Part shown: positions 36,182 through 49,000 of the stretch, one piece after another
How positions within the stretch are numbered: position 1 is the stretch's first letter
Layout: each line of letters starts with the position of its first letter
From: Macrostomum lignano
Taxonomy: Eukaryota
DNA length: 64,000 bases
Direction: 5' to 3'
Assembly (NCBI GenBank): GCA_002269645.1
Contig: NIVC01001082.1
Coordinates: 76,921-140,920, forward strand
The notes under the pieces: generated by a model
Seen by the model: the letters and a program-made list of their open reading frames with translations, nothing else
Told to the model about the DNA's origin: nothing
Databases searched by the model: none
Translations under genes and position numbers: made by a program

Positions 36182-37923
36182 TCAGCAATTAAGCAAATTC
36201 TGATTGGCACGATCAGTTTCGGCTTCAACAAAATCGTCAATTAAAGATGGCCAAGCCTCGTTATGATCGTAAGCTGATAAGTCGCTTCCGCAGGTGTCAA
36301 TAAAGGTCAAAAACATGTTCCAGGTGTCTCTGCTGACGCCTTTGACGCCCGAGGCACCAGATTGCAGCCAGGTTAGCCAGGCGCCTAAGAGAGGCGGTAC
36401 GCCCGACGGTCGGGCCTCGAATACAAGCGCCCACAGGTCCGTGGCCATGGGCAGCTGAAGGGTGCGTTGGCCGCTCTCCAAGCCAAAGTCGAAGGCCCAA
36501 CGGTAGAGATCCTTGAAGGCGACGTCTACTGAAGGTGAAAGAAAGACTTGATGAGCTCAGTGCTATGAACCTTTGTTTGTAGGATTCTAATATATTGGCT
36601 TTGATGTGCCACTTTAATCAATTTGCTTGGATGTGCCGCTTTCATCTACTGGCTTTGGTGTGCCGCTTTCATCTACTGGCTTTGGTGTGCCGCTTTCATC
36701 TACTGGCTTTGGTGTGCCGCTTTCATCTACTGGCTTTGATGTGCCGCTTTCATCTACTGTCTTTGGTGTGCCGCTTTTATCTACTGTCTTTGGTGTGCCG
36801 CTTTTATCTACTGGCTTTGATGTGCCGCTTTCATCTACTGGCTTTGATGTGCCGCTTTCATCTACTGGCTTTGATGTGCCGCTTTCATCTACTGGCTTTG
36901 ATGTGCCGCTTTCATCTACTGGCTTTGGTGTGCCGCTTTTATCTACTGGCTTTGATGTGCCGCTTTCATCCACTGGCTTTGATGTGCCGCTTTAATCCAC
37001 TGGCTTTGATGTGCCGCTTTCATCCACTGGCTTTGGTGTGCCGCTTTAATCCACTGGCTTTGATGTGCCGCATATTACACACGGTAACAATAGCAACATA
37101 ACATGGCTTCACCCGGCAACCATAGCAACAAGCATCAATCCAATTCACTCACTGTCCTTGACATCCAACGTATCGCCGGACACCCGGCCGCCAGCGCGGC
37201 CACCTGTCATGGCGTCCAGCCGGGCGTCAAGCGCCGCGCGCAGCCCATCAGCGGTTGGCGCCTCTGCCTGCCGCAGAGCGGCGCAACCGCGTCTCAACTC
37301 GGCCTCAGTGAAGGCGCACATTTCGCGGGCCCGGCACAGCCAGGCTAGCAGTAGAACGCGAATATCGACCGGATCGAGGCCGAGGTCTCGGCAGAGATGC
37401 GCCACGCCGCCGGCGCCAATTTTTAAATGCGGCGTCGATGCGCCAGCGCTGGCGCCATTATCGTCGGTTGGGTCGACCTGTAGAAATTATTGGATGGATA
37501 TTATTATACAGTTATTAATAAACTAAAACTATTTAGGTGGCGAGGCATTTTAGCAACTAAAAAGAGGTATAGTTACTCTAGCCGTCTACCAATGCTGTTA
37601 ATTAGGTGACGAGGCATTTTCATTAGGAAAGAGAAAGTACTCCGGCTGTTTACCCAACTACTTGCCTCGAAAGCATAGCTAGCAAAGAATCGATCGAATT
37701 CCGTAGTTGCTGCTACAAGCGAAGACGAAGCTGACCGATCGTCACCGCCAACAATATAGGCTTCGCCAGCCTGCAGGCGACTGGTCTTTGCCGATCCATC
37801 CGATGCTAAAGCAGAGTTTGGCACTGGCAATGGCGGCCTACGCTTGCGCTTGCCCGACTGCTGCTGCGACTTTGGCATCATGTCGGGATTGGCGGCAGCT
37901 TTGAGTGACAGGCAGCTGCCCAT
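36182..37923 (-). CDS. DCUN1D3: DCN1-like neddylation E3, myristoylated DCUN1D3 type; exons 37923-37666, 37477-37153, 36528-36182
   Basis: MGSCLS N-terminus; LCRDLGLDPVDIRVLLLAW...MCAFT; FKDLYRWAFDFG; VSRDTWNMFL; YDHNEAWPSLIDDFVE (PONY/DAD patch). Intron 1 is GC-AG. Paralog assignment is inferred. Confidence 0.88.
36600..37070. repeat. 27-bp minisatellite, DCN1-like intron 2
   Basis: GTGCCGCTTTCATCTACTGGCTTTGAT units. Confidence 0.95.
37529..37655 (-). other. Two tandem TIR-less 28S rRNA-derived segments in DCN1-like intron 1
   Basis: GGGTAAACAGCCGGAGTAC..AAATGCCTCGTCACCTAATTAACAG and GGTAGACGGCTAGAGTAACTATACCTC..AAATGCCTCGCCACCTAAATAG. Confidence 0.8.
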
Positions 37924-38746
37924 TTGGCAGGGGAAAAATTATCGATTTGGAGAAATTATTGTTTAGAAAGACAATTGGGAAGGGGCGCAATGCAGTAGCT
38001 AGTTAGATATGGAAAAATACTGTTTCAACTGGCCTCTGTTCACACTTCAGTGGATTAATTAGAACTCAACCTATCAGGCCTGTCTGTGTACTTCTGATAG
38101 CAACTAATCTGATTGGCTGAACTGCTGATCTGGCCAAGACGGTGGCATGCAATTATTGGGAAAATATTTCATTCATTAATTACATAATTAAAAAAGCCCC
38201 AAAAGAAAAACTTATTTAAAGATTATGCATTCACATGCATATACTTTCTAACCCCTATTAGAATGAAGCAATAAGAAACATGGGTATCAATAAATTTATC
38301 TAACAAAAGTTTTTTTATTGACCAGAATATTTTCAACCAAGAGCTTTGCCTAGCAATAAAATATCAAGTTAGAATTCATATCTAGATAATTTTTTCTATT
38401 TTTATCTAATTCAAAAGGTACACATATCATTAAAAGTGATAATAGCCAGGCAAAAATAGGTTAGAAACCTCAATAGTGATAATAATAATAACTATTTATA
38501 GCTACCCTAATGGGCAGACATGTGACCAATAGTTTAGCTGCAGCTTTTATGCAATGCACCTGAAGACTGCATATGGCTATTTAGCCCAAGGATTATAGGG
38601 TCACCACATACACTCAATTATCCTAGCTTACTCATTTTATATCTAGATAAACTGAAGCAATATAAAGTTAAGTATCTTGCTCAGGGATACAAATTGTTCC
38701 ATGTGGATTATGAATTAAATCTTAGATATTTAAGACATAAGTCTAA

Positions 38747-39022
38747 GAGGCTTTTCAAATTACCAATTCCAGAATCAGAATCGGTTCAGATCTTCCAAGA
38801 AAAACAGCATTATACTATTTAATTCTGTTAAATGTTTGACTGCCTTAACACCCTCACTTAGCACAATTTTTCACTCTTTTGTTGGAGACGAATCTCCCTT
38901 TATAAAAAATCCCTTTATAAAAACTTTATAGCACGTATCTCCCTCTAGTTTTGGAGACGAAATGTTATACTTCACAAATTGGTTCTGGTTCTAGAACCAG
39001 AACAAGCAATATGAAAAGGCCC
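38747..39022 (+). mobile_element. PIF/Harbinger-type MITE copy 1
   Basis: TIR G(G/A)GCCTTTTCA.. / ATATGAAAAGGCCC; 3-bp TSD TAA; homologous to 41912-42170. Confidence 0.8.
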
Positions 39023-39921
39023 TAATACTCTAACTAGTAACAACTAGGTTACAACTCCCTTCAAATGGTACAAATTTAAAAACCTTGTTAAAGGAGCAAG
39101 AGGCCTAGTTAATAGTTATAATATTAAGACAAAATAATGATTTCTTTTGCCATAAATATAGATGGATAATGATATTGAAATATTATCAACTTTTTATGCA
39201 AAATATGAAATAAATATATAAATAAGCCAAATTCCTTAGGTATCTAGGAAAATAGCTTAATTGATATAAGAATATTAACCAGGGAGCAGAGACAAAGGGA
39301 CAATTGCTTCTCTCTCTTTTCTTTTAGGAAAGCAATAACCTAAAAAATAAAGGAGGCCAAGTATATGAGATTATGAGATTGCCAAAACATAAAGATATCC
39401 CCTTCTGTCCCTCAATTGGGTTTTTACCTTCTAGAATTTCTTTTCAACAAATTTCTAATTATGCCACTATCATAAACAAAGAGATTAATTAAGTATCTAG
39501 GATTTAGGAAGGTTACAAAATTTAAAGTATCAATTGTAACTTTTTGTAAAACTTTTTTTTGCATTTTTAGTCTTATTGCTATTGTCATTAATATTAATAA
39601 TGCATTTGTCATTTACTTACAAAATTTTTATAGAAAAATATTAATTTAATAATGCAAAAAATCTTAATGGCAAGCAGTCTATTAGGCCTAACACAAGTAA
39701 AAAATAAACACTTATTAATAATTTTTTCTTTATAGATAGACTGATGCTTATCAATAGATCAAGGTACCCAATATTGCATTTAACATAGATAAGCTATATC
39801 ATAGATATGCTATATCATATATCATAGATATGCTATATCATAATCAATAGATTTGAAACAAATTATTTATAATACAAAAACTTAAATCTTTTAGTGTTTA
39901 TGCCAATTTATTATCATAGGG

Positions 39922-40917
39922 CAGGAATCAGCAAACTTTTTTCAATGTGGGCCAGATTGGAAAACTGGCTGAAGGGGGCAGGCCAGAAAAAATGCACAAC
40001 AAATTGAGGCTAAATGACCATTTGGTATCCTATAGAATTGTTTGTTAAAATTATTTTTTCACTTGAGTTTGATTCCTTTCTATTTTCAGAGTCCAAAAAT
40101 ATGAAACAAGTGAACAAATTAACAGTTTAACATGTACTGGCAGTTAAATTGTTTGTTATAGTCAACTGCCAAATCACGACATGAGGGTACTACTTGGAAG
40201 TTAAACAATGGCACAATCCAACCTGAGGCCACTAGTTGTCCAGCTATCCAGAGAGTAGTAGTCCAAAATCAGAAAGTTAAGCAATGGCTTTTGACCTGAA
40301 TCCTAGTATTGGCAGCTTGGCAGCTAATTTTTCAATCTCAAGCGCATCTCCCTTTAAGGTCCCCATTGTCATAGTTTTTTGACCATAGATATATTTTCAT
40401 TCTTTGCATATACAAAACTGATAAGTAATATTTTTTAGATTTCCTAAAATCAGCATACAAACTCAAATGTGGAGAGATGCATAGATAAAATTACCTAGTC
40501 ACACTATTACCCAACATTAAAGTAGTACCCTTGTGTTGTAAGAATTGACTATAATAGCCTAAGCAATTTAGCTGCCAGAACATGTTCAACTAGAAATTTT
40601 TTTACTTGTTTAATATTTTTGGACTCTAAAAATAGAAAGGAAATAAATTCAAGCAAAAAAATAATTCAAGGAACAATTCTATAGGATAGCCAACAATTTT
40701 TATAGATGATAGACTAAATACAACCAATAACCCCACACTTAAAATTGACATAGGAATGATGGAGTGAAAGCTAATTTTGCTTTTAAAGTTGAATATTTCA
40801 ACACAAAATTGGTTTCCGGGCCACTTTTACATTGTTAGATAGTAAGCGTGCTTTAGGCTGGACTTGAAGATGTTGCAGGCCAGATCTGGCTCACAGGCTG
40901 CAGTTTGCCAACCCCTG
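39922..40917. mobile_element. hAT/Charlie-like MITE with a nested ~670-bp long-TIR MITE (about 40022-40692)
   Basis: CAGGAATCAGCAAAC / GTTTGCCAACCCCTG termini, degenerate 8-bp TSD; inner ~110-bp inverted repeats TATCCTATAGAATTG... Confidence 0.65.
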
Positions 40918-41911
40918 CCATAGAGCCATATATATCAAATATATTACCATCAGTTTATTGAGAAACCATTGCTAATATTTAATGTTATGCAAAAATTAAA
41001 TAAATATGCAACAAGGTATTTATTTTGTGCTTAGCTACTTGCTTTATTTAGTGGATAAACATCTATAGGTCAAGCTACAATAAAAGCTAGGCCATGTTGG
41101 TATGTGGCCATCTTGGTCATGTGCCATTTACTTCTAAGCCAAAAATACAACTTACCTATGAAATAATTAGATAAATAGGAAAATACTAAAAGTCTAAAAT
41201 AGGATAGCTTTTGGTGTATATATAGCTTGATTCTGACTAACCTTGTTCTGGACCAAGTATTAAGTTCTAGACTTCTAGCTTGCCTTAGATATCAATTGTA
41301 AATGAAGCAAAGCTAAAAAAAAATTATAATAATATAAATTTAGTGTTAACTTAGCTAAAATCGATCGCATACCTATATACCTAGATAGATAGATAGATAC
41401 CGACAGACCATTTTTAGTATAGGGGCCTATGGATATAAATAATTTGTTACTAGTTACTACAATAGTTAGTAATATTAGTTAGGCCCCAACTTTAAAAATG
41501 TAGGGCTTAATGAATATATATTTACTGTTAATAATATATTTATTATGAATATATATAGTCAACTCATTTTTAGCATTAGGGTTTAGTTAATTATGATACG
41601 TCATATACCGTGTAGACCCAATCGTGTATGAAACTGCGATTAAATTTTTTGCGTTTTTTGCGGATAGTGATCATTTAAAAAGTTATCGTTTTCAGATAGG
41701 AAGATAAACAAACTGTACTGTGATATTGTGCAGTTCTGTCTGCATTTTTATAAATTGTAAATATTCGTAATGCAGATTCTTTTGTATACATTTTGAAGTT
41801 TCTAAGCTAAAATATACTTACACTAAAATTATACAAGACACCAACACAACTTTCCATCGGAACTCACATTTTTGTTGTGCCAAGCAAAGGTTTAAGTTTT
41901 AACCTGTTCTT

Positions 41912-42170
41912 GGGCCTTTTCATATTACCAATTCCAGAACCAGAATCGGTTTGGAATTCCAAGAAAAACAGCAGTATAACTATTAAACTCTGTTAATATT
42001 TTACTGCCTTAACAACATAACTTAGCACAATTTTTCACTTTCTTCTTGGCGATTGTCATTCAATAATAAAACTTTATAGTATGTATCTCTATCTAGTTAT
42101 GGAGACAAAAAGTTATACTTCACAAATTGGTTCTGGTTCTGGAACCAGAGCAAGCAATATGAAAAGGCCC
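41912..42170 (+). mobile_element. PIF/Harbinger-type MITE copy 2
   Basis: Perfect 15-bp TIR GGGCCTTTTCATATT; 3-bp TSD CTT. Confidence 0.85.
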
Positions 42171-43093
42171 CTTGTCTGGTTTAAACGCGATATGAAATTT
42201 AAGATATGAGATAGTTATAGTATATTCGCGAACAGCACAAAAATATTTTGTTTGTTCCTTTAATGTCAGATACCACTAAGAAAAACCCACCACAAAATTA
42301 TTTCGCAATAAAAACATTCCATTGCCCATTAGTAAATCTGTAAATGGCAAATGATCGTGATAGTAGATTTGCAATTTCTAGAAGGATCAAACAAAAAGTA
42401 TTTCCAACTACTAGGCCTTCTCTAAATCAAATATACTATGAACGATGCCTCCTACTCTTATTCATCTCGATAGTTTATTTGTATTTTGTTATTCACTTTG
42501 GAAGCTAGGCCCATAGCTGTTTATTTTATTTTTAGTAATTTCATGTTTTATTGATTCAGCCTGCAGGAATTGCTTTTTTCTTCTTAAACCTAGTCTAGGG
42601 TATAAAAAGGAGAAACACATAAGTTATGAATAGGAAATCATTAAGTATTCAACTTACTTAGAATGATATTCCCATGGATAATTAGCTAAACTGCAAAACA
42701 TTAAATAAAAACTTTTTGCAATAGAATGCTATTAAATTCTTCTTCACTTGTAACTAATATAATCAATTAAAATTAAATAAAATTTTCCATGAAATAGAAC
42801 TTGATAATCGTTAGTAATAAGGTATTAAAATATTAGCTTTGAGCTAATTCTTTAAATGTATATTACTACTTGTTATATTTTATATTTAATATGGTTATTA
42901 ATGTATATGTTCTATGTTCTAAAATCTATCTTTTATTAACGAGTTTTCAAGCCTTTTGTTTTGAGGCTTTTTATCTCTTTATCATTTGCTACTCTTTTAA
43001 AAAATTAAACATTTATTGCTTTTTTATCTAACATTGTTATTATTCCTTATACCTTTTTTATAATTAAGTAACCTCACTAAAACATTTGCAGAC

Positions 43094-46000
43094 ATGGCCT
43101 CAGGCTCTAGCCTTAAACAGGCTAAAATCAATCACAGAAATAGTGGAATCAATTCTAAACGCCAGGCTAAAATAACTGCCGATCTTGTTATTGAAGATGA
43201 CATCGACACTGAACTGTCTGTTGCAGCTCTTGGAGGCTCCAGATGGCAGCATCAGCAGCAGCTGGGACAACAACAGCAGCAGCATCGTATAACTTCGTCA
43301 CATGGCAGAAAACCGACCGCCCCTGCAGGTAGCAGCAGACTTGGTGCAAGTGGCGATGCAATTCCAGCTTCCTTTGGCAGCAGAATCTCTAACAGGACGG
43401 AGACTGAGGTTCGAGCTTTGATCTGTGCTGGCGCCTCTGGTGCTGGCGCCTCTGGTGCTGGCGCCTCTGGTGCTGGCGCCTCTGGTGCTGGCGCCTCTGG
43501 TGCTGGCGCCTCTGGTGCTGGCGCCTCTGGTGCTGGCGCCTCTGGTGCTGGCGCCTCTGGTGCTGGCGCCTCTGGTGCTGGCACCTCTGGTGCTGGCGCC
43601 TCTGGTGCTGGCGCCTCTGGTGCTGGCGCCTCTGGTGCTGGCGCCTCTGGTGCTGGCGCCTCTGGTGCTGGCACCTCTGGTGCTGGCACCTCTGGTGCTG
43701 GCACCTCTGGTGCTGGCACCTCTGGTGCTGGCACCTCTGGTGCTGGCACCTCTGGTGCTGGCGCCCCATTTAAATAAAATGACGCCCCAAAGACCCAGTA
43801 AAACCCAGCAAACACCCTGCCGCTCGAGCCACTCAGCCTTCTGATACCAAATACATTTATTTCCACTATTTCCGCCAACAGCTGGACTCTGTGCAATTTC
43901 CACCGGTTCGCCGGGGTCAAGCCGGGTCAAGCTTGCCCAAGACCACCAGCAGCCCAGCGACGACCTCGCCTTCGCCCTCCAATTCGGCATCGACTAAGTC
44001 AACACCGGAGCTTCTGCCGCCACTCGTCGCTGCTGATATTATTAGCGCAAACAAAAAAATCGACGCAGATTCATCGATTGCTACTAAAAGTACTAATACT
44101 ACTGCTAATGATGACAATAAGCCAGCTAACGAAGCTCCAGTTGCCTTGAAGCAGCCGCCGGCCAAACTGTCCCTTGATCGGCCGTGGTGGAAATCTGTTG
44201 ACAAGCAGCAGCAAAACCAGCTGCTGGAAGCTCTGCCGGCGCCGCCGAAGCCGCCGCAGGCGTCGCAGACCTTGAAACCGCAGCCGTCAGCGCCGGCAAC
44301 AGTCGAAGCGTTGGAAACTGTCAAAGACGCTGCAGTAAATCTTGTTGCTCCTTCGTCAAAGCCTGCAACAACCGCCGCTGCCAAGCTTTGGATCCGAGAG
44401 CCGATCACCGAGAAGCAAATTGAAGTGAGGCGCTTTGAGATTGCATCGTTTTTCATGTTTCATATTTTCAAAGTTTTATATGGGCTGATAGAAAATGCTA
44501 TCGCAGACACTGCTCATTGATTGGGAGGGACAATTGGCTGTGAGTGACAATAGAATGAGAATGACAGCTGACTGAGGAGTTTGACTAAGGGTGACATTTG
44601 ACTGAGAGTGACAGTTGACTGAGAGTGACATTTGACTGAGAGTGACAGTTGAATGAGAGTGACAGTTGACTGAGAGTGACAATTGACTTAAGATGCATAT
44701 AAGTATCTATCCAAGAAATAGAACTTAGAGCCTAAAAATGTTGATATTTTTATTTATTGTTAAATTTCTGACGCGCAAAAGTCATAGAGCTAAGGTTCAT
44801 ATAACTATGTTGCTAATAGTAAAATTGAAGAATTTTGCAAGCCTTATTATTTTGATTGTGTATTTAAAAATATTGCAGTCCCTACGCGTAGCTCTGTTTG
44901 GCAGCGGGGACAGCCGCTTTAGTCCGGACTGGGCTAGCCAAGGCTTCCACTTTGGCTTCGATCTGATGCCTTACCTGCTGACATCGTCCAAGGTGAGTCC
45001 AGGAACGAGCTTAGCTTATCTAGCTTATTAGCATTTGAGCTCGTCATTTGAGCTCGACATCGAGTTACTCAAGAAAATTCCTAACTGACACGACGATATG
45101 TTTCGAAAATTGGTCTATAGTGCCTTTTTGTGAGAGGCGAGAATTAATTATAATTGTTTATTAAATTTCGAGGACCCAGCATGCTTAAAGTCGAGAATCA
45201 GATTTCGGACGACAGGATTCGAACCCGGGCATTATAATTCACCAGACCTATACGCTTGACCACTCGGCTACGCCTCCTCCATAACTTAGTCATTGTGTTT
45301 TTGTTATATAATAAATTCGAACCGCTCTGTGGTTCGAACCCGGGCCCTTCTAACTGACAGAGCGATTCGCTTAACCACTCGGCCAAAACTCTCCAACAAC
45401 TTGCCGTAGAATTTTGCTGTAATTAACACTACTGCAGCAGGAGCCCCGGTCTGCTCTGTGCGCCGTTCAAGCTGAGCTGCTCCGACAGCTGCTGTTCACC
45501 GAGGCTTCCGCAAACCCGACGAACCCGGCCTCTAAAATCGGCGGCAACAATTTAGAGCCGACAATTCGATTGAAACGACTGGCTGGACCGGCGCAAAGAA
45601 GCGCCGCGTTGGCTCGCGCTTTTTCCAGCATTGTGGCTCGGTGCGGCGACAGTGTGAAACTTGTTTTGTGAGTTAAAATTGAAACAACAAGCGCTCAATT
45701 TCATAATTCAATAGCCGATTTTGTCAACTCCCGTTATTAATTTTTAGACCAAATTCCAAAGGCATTTCCTATATAGACAGTTTGAGCTACGTAAAGGATG
45801 GCTTATCCGAAAAGGTTAGTGCGTCAAAAATGACATTATATACTTTTCGAATTTATATTTATGGACATCGGCTAGCGTTTAGTTAAGCACGGTTTATGAA
45901 AGTGTAATTACGACAGTAAGTGGCATGGTAATTAAGGACATATCAGATAGGTGGCAGGGTAATTAGGGACATAGGTGGCAGGGTAATTAGGGACATGGGT

Positions 46001-49000
46001 GGCGGGGTAATTAAGGACATGGGTGGCAGGGTAATTAAGGACATGGGTGGCAGGGTAATTAGGGATATGGGTGGCAGGGTAATTAAGGACATGGTAGGCG
46101 GGGTAATTAAGGACATGGGGTGGCAGGGTAATTAGGGACATGGGTGGCAGGGTAATTAAGGACATGGGTGGCAGGGTAATTAAGGACTTGGGTGGCAGGG
46201 TAATTAGGGACATGGGTGGCAGGGTAATTAAGGACATGGGTGGCAGGGTAATTAGGGATATGGGTGGCAGGGTAATTAAGGACATGGTAGGCGGGGTAAT
46301 TAAGGACATGGGGTGGCAGGGTAATTAGGGACATGGGTGGCAGGGTAATAAAGGACATGGGTGGCAGGGTAATAAAGAACATGGGTGGCAGGGTAATTAG
46401 GGACAGGGTCACAGCTGGTAGCAGTGCTAGATAAACTCCCAATCTACAACGATTTCAGCTGGACGTGTACACCTCTCAGCCAGGCTGCAATGTTGTTCAA
46501 TTTCTGCTCGAAAATATTCGCTGTTTTGAAAGTCAGCGCACTCCATCGCTGGTCTTGCTCATCTACTCGTGCCTGCTCAGCCTCGGCGTGGACAGGTGCG
46601 TGATCGGTGATTCAGATCCACTTGCTTCACTGGATCCACTCTTAGCTTCACTGGTTCAACCCGTAGATTCACAGGTTCAACCCGTAGCTTCACTGGTTCA
46701 ACCCGTAGCTTCACTGGTTCCACTCTTAGCTTCACTGGTTCCACTCTTAGCTTCACTGGTTCCACTCTTAGCTTCACTGGATCCACTCTTAGCTTCACTG
46801 GTTCCACTCTTAGCTTCACTGGTTCCACTCTTAGCTTCACTGGTTCCACTCTTAGCTTCACTGGTTCCACTCTTAGCTTCACTGGTTCCACTCTTAGCTT
46901 CACTGGATCCACTCTTAGCTTCACTGGTTCCACTCTTAGCTTCACTGGTTCCACTCTTAGCTTCACTGGTTCAACCCGTAGCTTCACAGGTTCAACCCGT
47001 AGCTTCACTGGTTCCACTCTTAGCTTCACTGGTTCAACCCGTAGCTTTACTGGTTCCACTCGTAGCTTCACTGGTTCCACTCTTAGCTTCACTGGTTCCA
47101 CTCTTAGCTTCACTGGTTCCACTCTTAGCTTCACTGGTTCCACTCTTAGCTTCACTGGTTCCACTCTTAGCTTCACTGGTTCCACTCTTAGCTTCACTGG
47201 TTCCACTCTTAGCTTCACTGGATCCACTCTTAGCTTCACTGGTTCCACTCTTAGCTTCACTGGTTCCACTCTTAGCTTCACTGGTTCAACCCGTAGCTTC
47301 ACAGGTTCAACCCGTAGCTTCACTGGTTCCACTCTTAGCTTCACTGGTTCAACTCTTAGCTTCACTGGTTCCACTCTTAGCTTCACTGGTTCCACTCTTA
47401 GCTTCACTGGTTCCACTCTTAGCTTCACTGGTTCCACTCTTAGCTTCACTGGTTCCACTCTTAGCTTCACTGGTTCCACTCTTAGCTTCACTGGTTCCAC
47501 TCTTAGCTTCACTGGTTCCACTCTTAGCTTCACTGGTTCCACTCTTAGCTTCACTGGTTCCACTCTTAGCTTCACTGGTTCCACTCTTAGCTTCACTGGA
47601 TCCACTCTTAGCTTCACTGGTTCCACTCTTAGCTTCACTGGTTCCACTCTTAGCTTCACTGGTTCAACCCGTAGCTTCACAGGTTCAACCCGTAGCTTCA
47701 CTGGTTCCACTCTTAGCTTCACTGGTTCAACTCTTAGCTTCACTGGTTCCACTTTTAGCTTCACTGGTTCCACTCTTAGCTTCACTGGTTCCACTCTTAG
47801 CTTCACTGGTTCCACTCTTAGCTTCACTGGTTCCACTCTTAGCTTCACTGGTTCCACTCTTAGCTTCACTGGTTCCACTCTTAGCTTCACTGGTTCCACT
47901 CTTAGCTTCACTGGTTCCACTCTTAGCTTCACTGGTTCCACTCTTAGCTTCACTGGTTCCACTCTTAGCTTCACTGGTTCCACTCTTAGCTTCACTGGTT
48001 CCACTCTTAGCTTCACTGGTTCAACCCGTAGCTTCACAGGTTCAACCCGTAGCTTCACTGGTTCCACTCTTAGCTTCACTGGTTCAACCCGTAGCTTTAC
48101 TGGTTCCACTCGTAGCTTCACTGGTTCCACTCTTAGCTTCACTGGTTCCACTCTTAGCTTCACTGGTTCCACTCTTAGCTTCACTGGTTCAACCCGTAGC
48201 TTCACAGGTTCAACCCGTAGCTTCACTGGTTCCACTCTTAGCTTCACTGGTTCAACTCTTAGCTTCACTGGTTCCACTTTTAGCTTCACTGGTTCCACTC
48301 TTAGCTTCACTGGTTCCACTCTTAGCTTCACTGGTTCCACTCTTAGCTTCACTGGTTCCACTCTTAGCTTCACTGGTTCCACTCTTAGCTTCACTGGTTC
48401 CACTCTTAGCTTCACTGGTTCCACTCTTAGCTTCACTGGTTCCACTCTTAGCTTCACTGGTTCCACTCGTAGCTTCACTGGTTCCACTCTTAGCTTCACT
48501 GGTTCCACTCTTAGCTTCACTGGTTCCACTCTTAGCTTCACTGGTTCCACTCTTAGCTTCACTGGTTCCACTCTTAGCTTCACTGGTTCCACTCTTAGCT
48601 TCACTGGTTCCACTCTTAGCTTCACTGGTTCCACTCTTAGCTTCACTGGTTCCACTCTTAGCTTCACTGGTTCCACTCTTAGCTTCACTGGTTCCACTCT
48701 TAGCTTCACTGGTTCCACTCTTAGCTTCACTGGTTCAACTCTTAGCTTCACTGGTTCCACTCTTAGCTTCACTGGTTCCACTCTTAGCTTCACTGGTTCC
48801 ACTCGTAGCTTCACTGGTTCCACTCTTAGCTTCACTGGTTCCACTCGTAGCTTCACTGGTTCCACTCTTAGCTTCACTGGTTCCACTCTTAGCTTCACTG
48901 GTTCCACTCTTAGCTTCACTGGTTCCACTCGTAGCTTCACTGGTTCCACTCGTAGCTTCACTGGTTCCAGTGCTTCAAGAAGACAACTTTAAAGTGACTT

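Noticed and set aside
45195-45395. Functional tRNA genes (Thr/Asp)
   Set aside because: Acceptor and anticodon stems do not pair properly.
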